Of a stretch of DNA of 64,000 bases, positions 13,720 through 27,130 are shown piece after piece; within the stretch, counting starts at the first letter, position 1, and each line of letters begins with the position of its first letter. Both the position numbers and the translations under genes were made by a program. Under the pieces are notes generated by a model, which did no database searches, was not told the DNA's origin, and saw nothing but the letters and a program-made list of their open reading frames with translations. The stretch spans positions 7,413,718-7,477,717 of the forward strand of contig BFEA01000008.1 of the NCBI GenBank assembly GCA_003427395.1, given 5' to 3'. This stretch comes from Chara braunii (Eukaryota; Plantae; Charophyceae).

Positions 13720-14095
13720 AAGGCATCAACCAATCTGCTCTCCTCCTTCCACTTGGACATTGGAATGACTCCTTGGCCATAGACATCACCAATCTCTGTT
13801 CTCCTCCTTCGGGACGGACTTCCTCCTGGCCATGGACATCATCAACATCTGTTCTCGTCTGTCCAAGTGGCTTTACTCCTAGCCATGGGCATCGTCAATC
13901 TCTATTCTCCTCCTTCCACGAGGCATTACTCCTGGCAAGAGGCATAGCCGATCTCTGTTCTCCTCCTTCCACGTTATTTCTCCTGGCCATAGACATAACC
14001 AATCTCTGTTCTCCAACATCCACGTGGACTTACTCCTGGCCACAGCCATAGCCAATCTAATCTCATTTCTCCTCCTTCCACGTGCACTTGATTAC
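13720..14095. repeat. ~53-bp minisatellite (caatctctgttctcctccttccacgtggacttactcctggccatagacat)
   Basis: About seven diverged units visible. Confidence 0.85.
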
Positions 14096-14223
14096 TCATC
14101 CTGTCCAGTCGAGCGATCCCTTTCCTGCAGGCGAGCTCCGACCATGAGCGGCAAGATTTCTCTACCGCCTCCCTTCTATCGATTTACCTGTCTACCAGAC
14201 CCGAATGCAACAGCGAGCGAGCG

Positions 14224-14299
<76 letters not shown>

Positions 14300-14743
14300 A
14301 GCAGGTATCCCGCCTCTCTGGAAATTCTATGTACATGTGTTCCGCGAACTGAACCGCGGCTGAGACTCGAATCGATCTCAATGAATCCTGAACTTCAGGA
14401 AATCTACTAAGTAAGACGACGAGCGCCTGGACATAGCAGTTCTACTTGCTGTCGTTCCATCTTCCACCTTCTTCTTCCACCTTCTTCTTCTTCTTCTTCT
14501 TCTTCTTCTTCTTCTTTTCCTTCTTCTTCTCTGTCGCGCAGCGCCTCGTGCAGATGCTCCCATGCGGAAGCTAGATCTCAACCAATCCTGAACTTCAGGC
14601 AAGCTCGGCAGGCATTGAGGACTGCGCAAAACTTGTTTGGCCGGGGCGGGTGGAGGGAGGGGGAGGGGGGAGGGAGGAGGGGGGAGGGGTCGGCGCAAGG
14701 CGCGAGCCTCGTGACAACGAAGAAAACTCCCACCCGTCCAAAT

Positions 14744-15868
14744 CTAGATGATCTTAGAGCGCTTCGCCGTTGGAGGTCTGGCTATGGCTGTCCTCTTCCT
14801 CTCGCCGCCTCTTCTTCTCCCTGTTAACAGTTTGGAACTCCTCTTTATGAATTCCTCCTCGCTCACGATCCTCCTCTTCTCCTCTTCGTTCCCCGACAAC
14901 TCCGCCAACGTGTATCTTTCGAACAGCTCGGCGCAAGACCATCCCCTCCCATCTGCGATGTCAATGACGCGTTTGCGAGCAGATAGCAATCTGGACGCCT
15001 TCTCGGCCAACTGCAGAGAGCGCTCCGCATCCTTGTCAGCTATGGCGGCAACGATCTCCTGCTGCAGCGCGCCGAGCAGCTGGCAGAAATCGTATTCCCT
15101 CTTGTTTATGTCTGAACGCCATTTCCGTCTGGCACCGCTAAGCAACAGACTCTGAGACGGTGAAGGTAGGTTGGTCGCCGCCCGGGTAGGCATCATCATC
15201 GGTCCAATTGCGGCCCCGATCCCGGCCGCATTCGCGTAACCAGCCCAAGAGCCTGGCTCCCTCTCTCTCTCTCTCCTCTCGCGAAGACGCTCGAGAGAGC
15301 CCGCCGCTATGCCGTCGTCCCTGGACGCTGAAGAGAGAGGAAAAGGGAGAGGTGGGAGAGGTGGGAGAGAGAAGCGGAACGACGGAGGCGGCACTGGAAG
15401 GGCGGAAGGAGAGGGAGGCACAGTCTGTCGCCTCGGCACATTCTGCTGCTGCTGCTCGCAAGTGGTAGCGTTGACACGTTGTGAGGGGAGGAGATCCCGA
15501 CACGGAGTCCCCGTTTGCGACCTGCTGCCCTCATCAGCGTGGAACAGCGGCAATCCACCACCTCTCCCTTCCTCCTCGGCACCATCAACCGCCGCACCCT
15601 CATGCTGTCTGCCAGCCTTGCCTCCGTCGCCACTCATCGGTTCCGATTGATCGGTCGGGATACCAATCCCTTCTTCCAGCTGCGCCGAGGCTCGTTCGCT
15701 GTCCGATCGCTTGGGAGAGGACATCGACTCTAGGCTGTGCGGCAAAGTGGAAGACAGAGGCGGCAACTGGCTGTCGCTCATCGGGTGCTTCACCCCTCCC
15801 GGACCGCTTACCTCTTGTTCGACTGCGTTGGACGGCAGTGCCGCACATGCCACGTTTTCTGTATCCAT
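14744..15868 (-). CDS. 374-aa ORF whose C-terminal domain resembles the gag-like ORF1 of tyrosine-recombinase (DIRS/Ngaro-type) retroelements
   Basis: Uninterrupted ATG-started ORF. The segment WRSDINKREYDF...RLLSARKRVIDIADGRGWSCAELFERYTLAELSGNEEEKRRI resembles a remembered R-x-K-x-I-x-x-AD-(x)-GW...E...L...D/E-EKRI pattern. No RT or recombinase is seen nearby. Confidence 0.5.
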   Translation of the reverse strand: MDTENVACAALPSNAVEQEVSGPGGVKHPMSDSQLPPLSSTLPHSLESMSSPKRSDSERASAQLEEGIGIPTDQSEPMSGDGGKAGRQHEGAAVDGAEEEGRGGGLPLFHADEGSRSQTGTPCRDLLPSQRVNATTCEQQQQNVPRRQTVPPSPSALPVPPPSFRFSLPPLPPLPFPLSSASRDDGIAAGSLERLRERREREREPGSWAGYANAAGIGAAIGPMMMPTRAATNLPSPSQSLLLSGARRKWRSDINKREYDFCQLLGALQQEIVAAIADKDAERSLQLAEKASRLLSARKRVIDIADGRGWSCAELFERYTLAELSGNEEEKRRIVSEEEFIKRSSKLLTGRRRGGERKRTAIARPPTAKRSKII

Positions 15869-16026
15869 GTCGTGATATAGCTATGGCTGTAACGAAGAGA
15901 CGGGTGCAAGGCCAAATACAAATGCACAAAGCGACAGTACTGCCGTACTCGGTGAAAGACTCGCAATCGTCTAGTTTACCGGCTGTAGACAGAAGCGAGC
16001 TCAGCAGAAAGACGAGGAGCCTCTAA

Positions 16027-16113
<87 letters not shown>

Positions 16114-16394
16114 ACGAAGAAGGAGAGAGAGAAGAGCGAGATGCAGAGGCAGACAACGAGAGAAAGACCAAGAGTCAGAAGCCGGATTCCCGCTTGCCCC
16201 TGCAGTGCGATTCAGCCCACTAGTCTCGTCTCTCAGACTGGCTTGCTCGAATACTACGCCTACTCCCTCTTATGAACCTACTCGCTCGCTTGTTATACAG
16301 TGGCGAACTGTTCCTCGCTTGTCGTGTAGTGATGAACTTTTCTCCTGTCCTGTAGTGAAGGACAATTCCTCGCTTGTCGTTTAGAAAGGATGCC

Positions 16395-16450
<56 letters not shown>

Positions 16451-17666
16451 ACCACACTGCTTCGTCAGATCTTGCGCAATGAAGAAGAAGAGGAGGGAAT
16501 ACAAGATCGACAAGTGAAGACAAGACAAGTGCCAATGGCAGTGGTGGAAACACACTCAGTGCAGTGAGAGAAGGAAGGAGCATAAGCTATGGGAAGAAAC
16601 ATCTAGACAAGGACGTTGATGAGAATGAAATGGGGAATGGAAATCTCGGGAAGATCGAGGGAGGATTATATGGGCAGGGAGAAGCCCCGTGCCTCTACGG
16701 GGGCCAAGGCCCACTAGCAGCGTAGTTTCCTCAACACCCGAATGTGGACGTGCTTGTGGAGGTGTGCAGAAAATCGCGTTGAGAGGTCGAGGTGTTGTCG
16801 AATGCCGGGGCGAGGTGGTCCCCACCACCCAGATTTTTTTCTTTTTTTTGGCTTTGCTACCCAGATTATTTGTCTCTAGCCGTTGATTAGACAAGATCTG
16901 TGGGTCGACGTGAAGGGTTTGGGTGAATGGTACCTTGCATCGGGGAGCACGACAAATGGTGAAAACGGGGGGGGAAGGAGGGGGGGGGGGGAAGCATAAA
17001 AAATGTTCTAAGGGGTGACGCAAGCAATTTCACGGCACGTCGGCAACACTTTGNNNNNNNNNNNNNNNNNNNNNNNNNNNNNNNAAAAAAAAAAAAAAAA
17101 ACACCAATTAAGCAAGGGAAATTCAATAGCGACAACTGTCAAGGACAGCAGACAGAGTCGGCCGAAGGGCGAAGAAGGGACAAAACGGCGTTGATTGCGG
17201 GCACCTTATCTCCTTTACCGTCTCGTTCTCCTTCCAACAACCCCCCTCCCCGCTAATCCTCGCCGTGCGCCGCCCTACCCCCCTCCCCCCCTCCCCAGGG
17301 GCCCACCCACCCACCCAACACACCCACGAAGTCTGTGCGCAACCCCCGCCGCCTCCCTTCTCCATGGCTCACTTCATGTCTCTGAAATTCTTAATGAAAA
17401 GGGGATCAGAGAAAAAAGGGGACGGAAGAGCCGGCGTGGGGTGAGGGCGATTGGCGAGCGGAGCCCGGAGGGTGTATTGCGGGATGGGTGGGGGGTGGGG
17501 GGTGGGGGGTGGGGACATGAGGAGAGAGAGCAATGGGAATCGTGCAACGGGTTGGGCAGGACAACAACTCTCCATATTCAACTGCGGTGCTCCGAGATCG
17601 GTGGTGGTCCCAGGGCTTTCAAGTCCCAAGTCCACTTGTTTACCAGCCGTTGATTCTATTTTGTTC

Positions 17667-17727
<61 letters not shown>

Positions 17728-18087
17728 GCCGTCGATCTTGATGATCTACAGCCAGTATCTCCGTATCCGTGCGAGCGGCACATAGCCCTCGTCCTCCTAA
17801 TTCCCAGGCAAGCAAGGAGATGTAAGACTGCATGTTACATTCTGTGCGTTGGTAGTCACTTTTTTTTTTTTTTTTTTTTTGGGGTGGGGGGGAAGTACTA
17901 GCAATGGAGGTTGCCCAACTTTTATTCTTATTGACAATATGCTCTTCAGCTCCTTCATTTAAGCCGCCGGCGGCAGTACCACACGGGGGAGATTTTTAAC
18001 AAACTTGCTGTTTTTGTAGATACTTTCTAATTTCACACATGAAATTAAGTAAGGAACGATACGGGAAGCCTTCGTATTGTTACCCAG

Positions 18088-18249
18088 GGGCCAAGTCCCG
18101 CTAGCAGCGTTTAGCTACCTCAACGCCCGAATCTGGACGCTTTTGCGGAGACGTGCAGAAATGGTGTTGAGTTTCCTGAACTGCACGTCTCCACAAACAC
18201 GTCCAGATTCGGGCGTTGAGGTAGCTCAACGCTGCTAGTGGACTTGGCC
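18088..18249. mobile_element. Palindromic Harbinger-like MITE, longer subfamily
   Basis: gggccaagtcccgctagcagcg...cgctgctagtggacttggccc with internal arms ctacctcaacgcccgaatctggacg / cgtccagattcgggcgttgaggtag. Decayed relatives at ~16700-16830 and ~19160-19330. Confidence 0.8.
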
Positions 18250-19791
18250 CCTGGCTATCATCAGGTCCAACAACGTCTCGTTCGTTAATGGGCTGGTCAG
18301 GTTTCGCAGGCACAGCGCAGGAATCGGAATAGTAGCGGAGCGAGGGGAAGGGATATATAAGGAGGGCGAGGAAGGCGGCGAGGAAGGGGGGGGGGGGGGG
18401 GGGGGAGGAGAATGTAATTGGGAATTTCTATCTTCCTTTCAATTGGGTATGTATACAATCCCGCGCACGCCCGTGTTTTCTGCTCCCGCCGGTTAGGTGG
18501 CCTGCCATAACTTCCGCCCCTAAAACCCGCTTGTGGGAACTGGCGGAAGTGGCAGCGGAAGCCGGGGGAAGGCGGTTTGTAAGCAGGGCGGGGGGAGGGA
18601 GGTTGGGGGAGCAGCGCCACACGGCGGAACGGAAGCGCGGCCACACGGCTTTCCCTCAGCAGACAGTCGGAGAACGAGGGGAGAGGCAGGCGCGGAATTT
18701 GCTATATTCAATTTTTCAAAATAAATTCATATTCCCATTCCCATAGTATATTATATGAGAAACCTGACAATTGAAATCCAAAAGGTAAAAAAAAAAAAAT
18801 CCAAAAGGTGGCAGCTTTCCATCATAGGAAAGATAGCCCGTGAAGCTCCAGGCGCTCTTTTTTTTTTCTTTTTCTCTTTTTTTATGCTATTCTTCACGTT
18901 TTGCTGTAATTTAATTACTTTACTATTTTTACTGTTTTAATTACTTCTCCGCTACATCGGTCAGGGAGCGGGAACTCCGCTCGGCAGCTTCCCTTAACTT
19001 CCTACGAAAATCCCATTTCCCAACAAAACAAAAAAAAAAAAAAAATCCCATTCCCTATACAACAGGTCCGCCTTTTTTTATATATATATATATGGGGTCC
19101 GATGGACCACGGATCAGATTGTTTTTTTTTTTTTCGGATCAGATATTGAACTGATCACAAGGGCCGAGGTCCCACTAGAAACAAGGATAGGATCGAGATC
19201 CTGAATCTGGATGTGTTTTATGCAGAGATGCAGAAAAGCAGTTCAATCTCGATTTCCTGCACATCTCCATGATCTCGTCCAGATTCAGGCATTCGGTCCG
19301 ATCCTCTTGGCTAGTGTCACCACGCCCAAGAGATGCTACACTTGCGGCCTCGCTCCACTTTTTTGGGGGGGGAGGACACTCGCGGCCTCGCTCCACTTTT
19401 TTTTGGGGGGGGGAGGGGGGTTGGCGACCTTTCCGCCTCGCTCACCAAATGCGCAAAATGAGACATGGAAAGATACGCCGTCATGTCTTTTGTCTTTTCT
19501 GCATGTGGTGAGTAGGAGCGAATAAAGGGCCCTTGATCTTTGCCGAAAGGGCGCCAAAAGCGCGAGAAAGGTATAGGCCCCGTCTTTCTTTCTTTTTTCT
19601 GCTTTCTTTCGTTTTTCTTTCTGCTAACCCACTCCAGCCCCCCGCCGCCTTTGACCATATTCGTCACGAGAAAACGCAATTCTTTTTATTTACAGTAATT
19701 TTCATCAGGCCCCGTGCACGAGGCTTATGAGATCGACATGGCGGGAACGGCCGGCGCGTTTTGAGCGCGCGTCGCACATCCAGCAATTTTT

Positions 19792-19995
19792 GGGCGCTAG
19801 GTCCCACTTACACGCATTATTAAGCGATATTGACCGTAGATAGCACAGATCAACGGTCAGAATCTCGTAGTCCGTGCAAATGGGACCTTGCCCCCGGCCA
19901 AGGTCCCACTTGCACGGATTAAGAGATTCTGGCCGTTGATCTCTGCTATCTACGGTCAAAATCGCTTAATAATCCGTGTAAGTGGGACCTAGCCC
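19792..19995. mobile_element. Inverted dimer of two ~100-bp Harbinger-like MITEs
   Basis: 19792-19893 is the reverse complement and 19896-19995 a direct copy of the 586-688 element. Confidence 0.75.
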
Positions 19996-20292
19996 CCGGG
20001 CGGGTTAACAGCTGCGCTTTTTCCCCTATTTTGGCGGCTCGTCGGTGCTGTGACTTCCGCGCGAGCAGCGAGGAGCAACAAAACACACACATCCGCTCGC
20101 GGGCAAACAGGCACAAATATATAAATATAGATGTATACATATTAATATATATATTATTTGTATATGCATGCTATGGTGGGGCCGCGCGCGCGGTGGTGGG
20201 GGGGGGCCGCGCGCTGACCAACAGCATTGTGAGGGCGGCGGAGACTTCACCACCCTCAGCACCCTGCCCTGTTCACACGCATAGAACGCCAG

Positions 20293-20392
20293 AGGCTAAG
20301 TCCCACTTATGCTGATTGCTCGTTTCTGGCCGTCGATCTTGGTGATCTACGGTCACGCATTGCGGGAATTGGGGTAAGTGGGACTCGGCCCC
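20293..20392. mobile_element. Short Harbinger-like MITE
   Basis: ggctaagtcccactta...taagtgggactcggccc; closely similar to 798-894. Confidence 0.7.
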
Positions 20393-20864
20393 CGGGTGAA
20401 GTCCCACTACCGGAGGATTTCACTGGGCTCCGAGTATGCCCACACTGAGTCCTGCCATCCGATCTGAACATCTCACGGCCGCGCTGTGGCCACGTTGAAG
20501 AATACTCAATGCTGGAAGACACTCGAAAGTAACACTAAACCCACGCTAATGGGACTTATTAGGCCCGGTCGTCATCTCTGTCTCTAGACTGAAAACTGTG
20601 CCAAATACGGCTAAAATGACTGGACATTCCATTCGGGGAAATAAGATAGTGCCAGCAGCTGGCTGTCAGCCATCGAGATGATCAATGTCTACGGATGAGA
20701 ATCAATCCGCTCGCATGTCCGGGGAAAAAAAAAAAAAAAAAAAGGGGCTGTTTGCATCTTTTGTGAGCTTCTACTCCGACGAATAGACCGCACGGTTATT
20801 ATCGCCAAATGGAATGAAAGTGGCCCCCAATCTCTCTCTCTCGAAAAAAAAAAAAAAAAAAAAA

Positions 20865-22092
20865 AGAGAAAACTACGGCGCAGTCAGGGATCAAAATCTC
20901 CAACAGATTGTTGTGGATAGACGGTTATCCGGTAAAGGGCAGGAAATCTTCTACTTACCGGTGGGGACAACACCGGTGTCAAGACTGTTTGCTCTCCCCC
21001 TGCACTGGGGTTGGATACATCCAGGTGACAGAGAGTGTTGCGGCCTCACAGAGTACAAAGCTAAGGTTGGATATATGGAACAGGTTAAACCGTGGTCTGT
21101 TCCCTTCCAAGTCAAGAGCAAATGGGTGGCTAAATGTCAGAGTACATCCGGAACAGGCACTGTGCCCAGGGTAGTGACAACAAGGGATCTCCGTATTGGA
21201 TGGTCCTCCTTGAAGCTCATCCCGTCAGGGAAGTTTGCCAGTCTGGCATGGCTGCAGTCTCACCGGGCTGTTCCCACAGCAAAATGGTTAAACCAAAATA
21301 GGATGCAGGTGGAAGCCAAGTGCTGCAGGTGTAAGAAAGGCCCTGAGAAGGCCGAACACCTGTGGTGGGACTGCATAGAATCTAGGAGAATCTGGATGTG
21401 GTGGGCGGGACATTGGGAACGGTTTGGGCCCAAGGAGATTATATGGGACAAAAGATTTGTTCTGGATGGAATACTCCCTGAGGGTACCGCCTCGAGGAAA
21501 AGGTGGGGATATGTAACGATTGCTGTTAGGGCGGCAATTATGAATGTGATTTGGAATTTAAGAAATGATAGACTATTCAGGAACAAATTCTACTCAGATT
21601 TGTTTATTCTGCAGACTGTCCTGGGGAATGTTAGGGCTATGATCTGGGCGGACTGGATGAGGCAGGCAAAAGCAGTTTCGAAAAGGAGTAGACAGAGACG
21701 GTTCTTCTCCACCTGGGGCCTGAATTCCATCTTGGTGAGTAGGAGCAAACGAGGAGGCATAGTCCTGTCATCGTGGCTCCTGGGCCCGAGGCCACCATGA
21801 ATGGAAGGTGGAACAGTACCAGAGGTACTACTAGAGCATAGCTAAAAGCAGGATTGCTAGGGGGACTGAGGACTGGGCTACTTCAAGAGTCGTTAGAATG
21901 AGACCGAACTATCAGAATTACTTAATCAGGATTTGTTAGAATCAATCCTGCTGTTTAGCAGGACAGCTAGGAAGGATTGGGCTGAGGCTAGATTTTCAAG
22001 GTACAGCTGGCGCCCTACTAGGTCTCGCCCACTTTGGAATGCTTCTCTGTATCATCGCTNNNNNNNNNNNNNNNNNNNNAAAAAAAAAAAAA
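20865..22092 (+). mobile_element. 5'-truncated L1-clade LINE (ORF2 C-terminus with zf-RVT, 3' UTR, poly(A))
   Basis: Frame ending at 21800 encodes AWLQSHRAVPT...CCRCKKGPEKAEHLWWDCIESRRIW...IWNLRNDRLF, typical of the L1 zf-RVT region. It is followed by a UTR and an A-tail across a small gap. Confidence 0.85.
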
Positions 22093-22866
22093 GGCCGGTA
22101 ATGCTGAATGTATGTGACCTACGTTTCGGGTCTGGTGGGGTCGCGTGGGGGTGTGTTGTAGTCGCGGGATTGCCTGACGTGCAATTACAAACTGTCTTCG
22201 TGACTGCGCCGAAGTTACCCCCCAGAAAAAAGAAGAAAGTGGCCCCCAATGCGGCTTCTAAATGACGTACTTTCTGTTCGGGGGCAGATGGGAGTGGGAC
22301 TCCAACCGCGGATCGGACATTGCTGGCCGTCGATCTCCTTTAAGGATGAATTCTGGAACAAGGACATGATTATGATAAACTTCAATGCGGTTAAGTGTAT
22401 GTGGCGCCTCGCGTTGCTGGCAGCAAAATTCTATTTTTTCTATCTAGGGCATGGTGCTAAAAAGGACTGAGCAAAAAAAAAGAAAAGAAAAAAAGCGGAC
22501 TGAGCGCTAACAATCCTCAGTCGCTAACAATAGTAGACGCGAGCAGTTAAGTTAACCACAGATCAGAACCGACTCCGGTTATTTATTATTTGAGAAATCC
22601 TGTAGGGCCTCGCGTCACGACTGGCCAGACGAAAAACGAACGAATGCAAAAAACAAAACAAAACGAACGAATGCATCTGCCCGCCGAGAATGGCAAGATG
22701 CATCCGTTACTATGAATAGCACTGGATGCATCTTTAGGCTTTCTGGGGCAGATGCCTTCCTTCTCTTTTCGTTTCGACAGTGGTGTGGCGAGGCCCATAG
22801 TGTCGTATGGGCTGTTATCATGGACTGTTTATTAATATGCGTGTAACACAGAATGACCTGTCTTCC

Positions 22867-22901
<35 letters not shown>

Positions 22902-23170
22902 ATGACCTGTCGTGATGGTGATGGTGATGGTTGATGGTGGTCGTGATAGTTAAGTCAGACATTATGAACAACTAACTCCTCTCTTTTTCTTTGGCCTAAT
23001 ATTGGGCCTCGCTTCCACTACAGAACACTGTGCGAGCATCTGGACGTTATCTGGACCAGGTGCATTGGAATGGGTCCAACACTTCAAATGCATCCGGTCT
23101 AGAAGGCGTCCAGATGGATGTAGAGTGTTGTGTAGAGGAGCGAGGACCATTATCAACAACTAACTCCGCC

Positions 23171-23280
23171 TACCGTCTTCCCCCGAGCACAACGCACCCC
23201 CCATTTCGGCAGAACCTGACCGAAAACACAGCTTGTATACATTCATTATCCGGGTGCGTTATGTTCGGGGGAAGACGGTA
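23171..23280. mobile_element. ~110-bp hairpin MITE, TA-flanked
   Basis: taccgtcttcccccgagcacaacgcaccc / gggtgcgttatgttcgggggaagacggta. Confidence 0.8.
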
Positions 23281-23996
23281 CGGTGGCTTGGCGAGGGAGA
23301 GTAACAGCCGCCCTAACTTCGAGACGGCGGCATGGATAAAAATAGCATTGGCTCTTTCGCTCCTTGTCAGGGCTGCTGGTTGCAGACAGGTCAGGCACCA
23401 GACTGCGTGCAGTTTGCAGTTGTTTTTTTGGGGGGAGGCGCCAGCCCAGCTCTGAACTGCTGGAGGACTGGAATGTGATGTGGAGCTTTTTTGTTTTTGT
23501 TTTTTTGTTTGTTTGTTTTTTTTGAATAAGATGTGGAGCTTTTTTATGTTTTGCGTTTCTTTCTGCTCTCTTAGGTTTTTAAACCCCACCCCGTCGCTGG
23601 GCACGCTGTGGGACCACAATCCAAGGCTGTTCCTTCAGATTCCGACGAGATTTCGACGGCTAGACCTGACCGCATTTCCTTCAGATTTCGACGGGGATTG
23701 TTTTTCTTTTTCTGTTTTCGAGGGGGGATTTTCTTTTCCCTCGGTGGACGGGGATTTTGCGGAGGGAATCTGTGCGTATTTACGGTCTACGTTCCTTCGT
23801 CCGAGAGACCTCGTTGGGTACCTCCTTTGTGTACCCTGGGGACCTCGTTGGATGCCCCCTTGGTATACCCCGGAGTTTCCTCCCACCCAGCTTCTCTCCC
23901 CTGTGTCTGTACCACCACCACGCCGCTGCCTCTGAGCCTTCTCCTTCGGCTCGATGGACAGTTGGAACTCATGACTTTTGTGAACCCTTCAGCCAG

Positions 23997-24105
23997 TACC
24001 GTCTTCCCTCGAATACAACATAAGGTCATTATAGCCGTATTTGAGGCACCTTTCAGTCGAGATACAGCTATAATGACCGTATGTTGTATTCGGGGGAAGA
24101 AGGTA
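23997..24105. mobile_element. ~110-bp hairpin MITE, TA-flanked
   Basis: taccgtcttccctcgaatacaacata...tatgttgtattcgggggaagaaggta; reverse orientation relative to 11870. Confidence 0.8.
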
Positions 24106-25029
24106 GGGCTATTCGGGGGAGGAAGGTTAGGCCTGACTGAACCCCGAAACATCCGACCCTTCTTCCGACTCTCCAGGGGGTTTGAAGTCGTGACCTGTGT
24201 GTACAACGGAAGCCCTCTCTGGGGAACCCCCTGTTGTTGGCTGGTGGGGTCAGGCGAAACCATCACACTGCGCTGTACATCCCTGGTGGCTGAATAGTAC
24301 ACCCTACCATTCCTAGGGACGGCCCCTTTTCTCGGTCCTGTCGCAAAATAGGCAGTGGTCAGGCCCGTACAGTGGCCCGGTAGAGCTTATGTTTGACGAT
24401 TACTGCGTGCCAGAGCTCTGTTGTCCCTAGCAAGCCCTGCAAGGGCAGGCTGAGAAAACGCGGGTTGGTCACTGACTCACTGTAGGTGCTCCGAAGGGAT
24501 GCCAACTACCAATGGTCCAGCACCCCACCAGTAGAAAAGAGCAAAACTGATTGGTAAAAAAAAAAAAAAAGAAAAAAAAAAAGAAAAGAAAAAAAGAAAA
24601 AGGGGAGGGCGTCGTGCGAAGGGATGCTAACTACCAATGGTCCAGCACCCCACCAGTAGNCCCCACCAGTAGAAAAGAGCAAAACTGATTGGTAAAAAAA
24701 AGAAAAAAGAAAAAAAAAAAGAAAAGAAAAAAAGAAAAAGGGGAGGGCGTCGTGCAAAGAAGAGTTAGCGCTAACCAGCATTAGCGCTGGGCTAAGCAGC
24801 GTTAACACCTCACACAGCGGTTGAGTAGGGCAGGGCCGGGCAAGGGCACGCGTATTCGACATCGCCATGCCCATCAGGTCCCGTGGCTATGGCAGCCCGA
24901 AGGAAATTTAAAGCATTATAGTTTCCACCTCCTCCTTGAGTGGGGGAGGGAGTGCCTTTGCACTCGGGGCTGTGATATCCTGGCAGCCCTTCAGCTGCAT
25001 ACCTCACTTTTTTTTTTTTTTTTTTTTTG

Positions 25030-27130
25030 ATGAATTCACTGAATCACCTAAGCAAACCAGACCTCTTACTCCTTAAGCAACACCTAGTCTTCCTTATTCC
25101 CTACACAGCCTTCCAAAGATAATATCATCCTATCCAATACCAGCCTCCGTTGTCATGTTAACACTACCAAGACACTACCCTCCCCCTTAGGACGTCTTGG
25201 CAGTCCTCTCCAGTTTTCCACTGGATCGCCTTCCTCCCTTGACGAATCCCCAGACCTCTCTACCAGGCCTCACGCTCCTACTTCGTCAGGTCACAGGGCA
25301 ACGCCCCAGCACCGGCCAGCATCGTTCTGGCATCGGAAAACCAAGAGCAAACACCCCAACTTGGCTTGGCAACGGCCAGGCTTCTACCACCTCTGGAAAC
25401 CTGTATAGAATATAAGAAGAAACTAAAATGTCACTTAAAAAATAAAACGTAGATCAGTAAATAAAAGGCTATACTATAACAGCAATGCCTGGCCTCACAA
25501 TCCATGAGCACACCTAATCCTCCCTTATACCTAACACATATCCCCAGAGACAATACTTTCCTAACCAACGCCGGCCATAGCTGATGTGATCTTGCCACCA
25601 AGACCAAAACCCGGCCCTTTAGGTTGTCAAGGCAACCCCCCCAGTTCGCCACTGGATTGCCTTCCTCCCTCGACAAATCCCTAGATCTCTCTACCAGGCC
25701 TCACGCTCCTGCTATTAACAGGTCACAGGGCTAACACCCCAGCACCGGCCAGCGCCGTTCTAGCATCGGCAAACCAAGAGCCCGAAACACATTAGCTTTG
25801 CAGACATCAGACAGGATTGTTCCATCTCTGGAATCATGTACTTTATATAAAGGGAAAACCAGACGTCGCCTAGGATTTCGAAAAACCAGTAAGCTTGATA
25901 GTGTAATTAGTGCTTACACCTAAGATTAGTCTCCCCCCTCCCCTCCTTTCCACCCCGTCCCAATGCTGCCACCGCCGAAACGGATTACCCAGATTGCAGG
26001 CAGCCCATCACAGCCCCAACTTGAGACAGTCCGACCTTCCACCCCCCTTATCCCACAAAGGCATACAGTTCCCTCCCAAAGTACGCCTCTGCCCACCTTT
26101 TACCCTAATCTGCCCCCGCTGGTGTGAGTACCCCCACACCAGCCCCAGAATACGACAATCCCCTAAGTCTGCCCAACCCCTCCCAGGGCAATCACCACCC
26201 ACCTTGTGAAGCCCTTGCGGAGTAGAGCTCTCCCCCTCAACATTCCACCACCATCCTCCAGAAGTGAATCATCGATGCAGCCTGGTGGAGACACCCAAAT
26301 TTAAATTTTCACAGTAAAAAAAACACGAGGAAATTTGATGTGCAGAATTTTAGACAAATATTAATTAAGATTAGATTTAATACTATGAAAAAATGCTATG
26401 GAAAATATAAGGAAAGATCCGGCATGAAACACCTATGTCCAGATTGAAGAAATGAAGAATTAATTCAGGGTTAATAGCTTATTTTTAATTAATGAGGACG
26501 TTCAGGTATTCAAAAATACCCTTTAGGTAAATTCAACGTGAAATCCGGCATACAAAGGTAAGGATGATCGGGAATATATTCGGACTATTAATTAAGGATG
26601 TTATTTGGGAAATTAATTGAGGATGATTATTTTAATGATGAGCGCAGATTGGGAATTCGAATGATGATTGTTGGGTGAATGGTGGCTAATTAAATAGCTG
26701 ATAAAAAGGATCGTGCGAATTGCATGAGAAAAAGTTTTATGAAAATAAGTCGTGAGACATCCCCCCCCACCCCTCCCCCCCCTTCTATCCCTAGTCTCTC
26801 TACCTCGTCATGCCCCAAACTTCTCTCCCGTTGTCCCCCCTCCTTTACCCTCCTCCTCCTTTATGCCCCTCCCCTTCCCCTATCCTTCACCCCATCACCC
26901 CATACATTGGTTGCCCCGCTGTTTGAAGCAGTGCGCAGACCCGAAAAACGAAGTAGTGAGCAGTTGAGAACAGAGAAAAGGGACAGCAAGAGAAAAAAAA
27001 AGGGGAAGGGTAAGGGAAGGGAGAGAAGATTAGCGAGGAGAAGGTGACACTGATGAGGAAGGAGAGAGCAATAGGAGAGGAAAAGAAAAAAGAAGCGAGG
27101 ATGGAAGGAGTGATCATGGTGGGGTGACGA
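25030..27130. repeat. Non-coding dispersed repeat related to the 38.4-43.3 kb foldback element
   Basis: Modules 25215-25350 and 25650-25785 duplicate each other and match the reverse complement of 42600-42695. Boundaries are approximate. Confidence 0.55.

Noticed and set aside
24500-24760. ~135-bp tandem duplication
   Set aside because: Single N at 24660 at the junction; probably an assembly artefact.
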